DNA of 64,000 nucleotides from contig JBGPIA010000002.1 in the NCBI GenBank assembly GCA_041484665.1, positions 42,045-106,044 of the forward strand. Direction: 5' to 3'. The notes below the pieces were generated by a model. The model worked only from the letters and a program-made list of their open reading frames with translations. It had not been told where the DNA came from and did not search any database. This document shows positions 61,197 to 64,000 of this stretch, in pieces (position 1 is the first letter of the stretch; every line of letters begins with the position of its first letter). This stretch comes from Candidatus Krumholzibacteriia bacterium. Its GTDB lineage: Bacteria; Krumholzibacteriota; Krumholzibacteriia; JAJRXK01. Position numbers and translations under genes: made by a program.

Positions 61197-63344
61197 ATGG
61201 CCGGCGAGCCCCGCGGTCTCACCAGCGACCTGATCCTGTCCCACACCAACGTGTTCGCGGCGCTGGCGTTGGTGGGCGTGCTGGCGCTCATGATCGTCCC
61301 GATCCCCACACCGCTCCTGGACGTGCTGCTGACGTTCGACATCGCCGTGGCGATGGTGGTGCTGCTGGTCACCGTCTACCTCAAGCAGCCGCTGGAGTTC
61401 TCCGTCTTCCCGTCGCTGTTACTGATCGTCACGCTGTTCCGCCTGTCGCTCAACATCGCCAGCACGCGCCTGATCCTCACCAACGGCGACGCGGGGCGGG
61501 TGATCGAGGCCTTCGGCCACTTCGTCGTGGGCGGCAACTATGTCATCGGCACCATCGTGTTCGTGATCCTGGTCGTGGTGAACTTCGTCGTGATCACCAA
61601 GGGCGCGGGCCGCATCGCCGAGGTCGCCGCCCGCTTCACCCTCGACGCCATGCCTGGCAAGCAGATGGCCATCGACGCCGATCTCAACTCCGGACTGATC
61701 ACCGAGGCGCAGGCGCGTACGCGCCGCGAGCGCATCGCGCGCGAGGCGGAGTTCTACGGCGCCATGGACGGCGCGAGCAAGTTCGTGCGCGGCGACGCTG
61801 TGGCCGGCATCGTCATCACCCTGGTCAACGTGGTCGGCGGGCTGGTGATCGGGGTCGTGCAGCACGGGCTGCCGCTGGGCGAGGCCGCGCGCCGCTACAC
61901 GCTGCTGACGATCGGCGACGGGCTGGTCACCCAGGTGCCTGCGCTGGTGGTGAGCACCGCGGCCGGAATGCTCGTGACCCGCTCGGCCAGCGACTTCAGC
62001 CTGGGCGAAGACATCTCGCGCCAGATCCTGCGCGACCCGCGGGCATTGTTCGCCAGCGCCGGAGCGCTCTTGGCGTTCGCCGCGATCCCCGGACTGCCCG
62101 CCGTGCCTTTCCTGCTGCTGGCGGGGGGCACGGCCGTCGCGGCATACGTCTCGCAGGGCCGGCGCAAGCGCGACGCGCAGCGGGAGCAGAAAGAGCTCGA
62201 GGCGACCGAGGCGGTTGCGGAGCAGGCACCGTCCGCGCCGGCTGGCGAGGAGATCTTCGTGGTGGACCGTCTCGAGCTGGAGATCGGCTACGGCCTGATT
62301 CCGCTGGTGGACGCCACGCGCGGCGGCGACCTGCTCACACGGGTCACGAACGTCCGCCACAAGACCGGCGCCGAGCTTGGCATGCAGGTGGCGCCGATCC
62401 GCATCCGCGACAACCTCCAGCTGTCGCCGCAGGAGTACGCCATCAAGCTCAAGGGCGTGGAGATCGGCCGCTTCGCCCTGCGCACGGACGCGCTGCTGGC
62501 CATGCGCGCCAAGGAAGGTGGGACCCAGATCGAGGGGACTGCGACGACCGAGCCGGCCTTCCATCTGCCCGCACGGTGGATCAAGCCCGAGCATCGCGCT
62601 GCCGCCGAGCTGGCGGGGTACACCGTGGTCGAGCCCAGCGCCGTCGTCGCCACGCACCTCACCGAGGTGATCCGGGCCCACGGCGACGAGATCCTCACGC
62701 GCCAGGACGTCAAGGAGATGATCGAGCGCCTCAAGGCCCACGCGCCCGCCCTGGTCGAGGAGCTGTTCCCCGAGAAGATCAGTCTCACGCTGCTCCACGG
62801 CGTGCTGCGCGGGCTGCTGCACGAGCGTGTGCCGGTGCGCGACATGGTGACGATCCTGGAAACCCTCGCCTCGGCCGTGGGGGCCACCAACAACGTCGAA
62901 GCGCTGGTGGAGCGCGTGCGCGAGGCGCTGGCGCGCAGCCTCTCCAGCCAGCACTGCGACGCCACGCGGACGTTGTGGTCCATCACGGTCCATCCCGAGA
63001 CGGAGCAGGCGCTCTACGTGGCATTCCACGAGTCGGAGCGGACCGGCAGCGTGGTGATGGACCCCGGTCTCGCCGAGCGGTTCGTCACCGCGCTCGGCGC
63101 GTGCGTGGAGCGCACGATCCGCGCCGGGCGCACGCCTTTGCTCTTGGTCTCCAGTCCAATCCGGCCGTTCACGCGACGCCTGATCGAGGCGTCGTTCCCC
63201 ACGGTGGCGGTGCTCGGCTACACCGAGATCGCCGCCGGCTACCAGGTACGTTCGCTTGGGACGGTGATTGCTCATGCCAAGCCAGAATCCACTTCCGCTG
63301 CCCTCCAGCAGGCCGCCGCGTACGCGGGCGGTGCGCGCCGCTAG
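61197..63344 (+). CDS. flhA: Flagellar export apparatus protein FlhA
   Basis: ...VIGTIVFVILVVVNFVVITKGAGRIAEVAARFTLDAMPGKQMAIDADLNSGLI... (FHIPEP motif). 715 aa. Confidence 0.92.
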   Translation: MAGEPRGLTSDLILSHTNVFAALALVGVLALMIVPIPTPLLDVLLTFDIAVAMVVLLVTVYLKQPLEFSVFPSLLLIVTLFRLSLNIASTRLILTNGDAGRVIEAFGHFVVGGNYVIGTIVFVILVVVNFVVITKGAGRIAEVAARFTLDAMPGKQMAIDADLNSGLITEAQARTRRERIAREAEFYGAMDGASKFVRGDAVAGIVITLVNVVGGLVIGVVQHGLPLGEAARRYTLLTIGDGLVTQVPALVVSTAAGMLVTRSASDFSLGEDISRQILRDPRALFASAGALLAFAAIPGLPAVPFLLLAGGTAVAAYVSQGRRKRDAQREQKELEATEAVAEQAPSAPAGEEIFVVDRLELEIGYGLIPLVDATRGGDLLTRVTNVRHKTGAELGMQVAPIRIRDNLQLSPQEYAIKLKGVEIGRFALRTDALLAMRAKEGGTQIEGTATTEPAFHLPARWIKPEHRAAAELAGYTVVEPSAVVATHLTEVIRAHGDEILTRQDVKEMIERLKAHAPALVEELFPEKISLTLLHGVLRGLLHERVPVRDMVTILETLASAVGATNNVEALVERVREALARSLSSQHCDATRTLWSITVHPETEQALYVAFHESERTGSVVMDPGLAERFVTALGACVERTIRAGRTPLLLVSSPIRPFTRRLIEASFPTVAVLGYTEIAAGYQVRSLGTVIAHAKPESTSAALQQAAAYAGGARR

Positions 63345-64000
63345 CCTGCACCGGGCTCTCGAGCAGGTGCGGCTAGCCTACGGCCCGGACGCGCTGGTCC
63401 TGCAGACGCGCAACGTGGTGTCGCGCGCGCAGCACGGCCTGGCGCCGCAGACGGAGGTCGAGGTGATCGTCGCCGACCCCGCAGCCGGCGAGGAGCTCGG
63501 CCCGTACTCCGTGGCGGGGCCGCTGGTCGCTGCGCCGGTGGACGCCGACGCGCAGGACGGGCCGGATGGGGGCGCGAGCGGGGAGCTTGCGCGCCAGCTC
63601 GCGCGCCTGGAGCGGTTGGCGTACCGCGTGGAGGAGATGTCCGCCGCGCTGTCGCCGGCTGCGGAGCTGGCACAGGGCTACCCGCTTGCCGACCGCCTGC
63701 GGGCCGCAGGCGCCGGTGAGGCGACGGTCCGGCACGTCGCGGCCTCGTTCGCGCTGGCGGCCCGCGGGGCCGCGCCCACCGAGGCGCTGGCCCGCCGGCA
63801 CCTGGGCACCTTCCTGCGCACCACGCGTGCGGCGTCCTTCGCGCAGATCCGCGGCGAGCACTGGCTGCTCGGCCGCGCCGGCGTCGGGAAGACGACGCTC
63901 GCGCTGCACCTGGCGGCCCAGCTGCAGCGCGCCGGGCGCAAGCCGGCGGTCGTGGCACTCGCGCCGCGCCACGATGGGGACGTGCGCCGCATCGAAGCGG
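63274..64000 (+). CDS. flhF: Flagellar GTPase FlhF, 3'-truncated at the window end; start uncertain (ATG 63274 or GTG 63331, overlapping the flhA 3' end)
   Basis: N-terminal B-domain-like AVRAASLHRALEQVRLAYGPDALVLQTRNVVSR...EVEVIVADP; later ...LLGRAGVGKTTLALHLAAQL (P-loop). The frame stays open to the end of the window. Confidence 0.65.
   Translation, partial: MPSQNPLPLPSSRPPRTRAVRAASLHRALEQVRLAYGPDALVLQTRNVVSRAQHGLAPQTEVEVIVADPAAGEELGPYSVAGPLVAAPVDADAQDGPDGGASGELARQLARLERLAYRVEEMSAALSPAAELAQGYPLADRLRAAGAGEATVRHVAASFALAARGAAPTEALARRHLGTFLRTTRAASFAQIRGEHWLLGRAGVGKTTLALHLAAQLQRAGRKPAVVALAPRHDGDVRRIEA

Noticed and set aside
61419-63275. 618-aa minus-strand ORF antisense to flhA
   Set aside because: It is antisense to flhA, which has the FHIPEP motif; the translation is Arg/Gly/Asp low-complexity.

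Overview
This is a very GC-rich bacterial chromosomal window; third codon positions are almost all G/C. Most six-frame ORFs are antisense or low-complexity artefacts, so calls rest on reading the protein sequences, not on ORF length. All comparisons below are made from memory of well-known protein families; I ran no database searches. Coordinates I derived by hand may be off by 1-3 nt.

Layout:
- 1-7.7 kb: the 3'-truncated end of fbp; a Cys-rich hypothetical gene; then a minus-strand operon of two ArnE/ArnF-like 4-TM small membrane proteins followed by two tandem paralogous ~650-aa exported proteins; and a small lipoprotein ORF.
- 7.7-8.0 kb: divergent tRNA-Leu(CAA) and tRNA-Ala(GGC) genes, each with a consensus-like TTGACA promoter.
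- 8.0-14.1 kb: a GlmU-like sugar nucleotidyltransferase/left-handed beta-helix gene and an MtrH/AcsE-type pterin-binding gene, then a compact bacterial microcompartment (BMC) locus. The locus has one BMC-H, three BMC-P, one PduT-like tandem BMC-T and a CoA-acylating aldehyde dehydrogenase with an N-terminal encapsulation peptide. It has no recognisable signature enzyme.
- 14.2-19.1 kb: IHF/HU, a bS22-like 31-aa micro-ORF missing from the ORF track, RNase R, a PilZ protein and a REC-PAS histidine kinase.
- 19.2-64 kb: a flagellar supercluster of about 50 genes laid out like the Bacillus fla/che operon (flgB...flhF) but with L/P-ring genes (flgA/H/I). It includes two sigma-54 -24/-12 promoters, two histidine kinase/NtrC-type pairs, a FliW-CsrA-flagellin module with a sigma-28 promoter, and GNAT plus GT2-TPR genes that could modify flagellin.

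No CRISPR arrays, rRNA or obvious mobile elements were seen.
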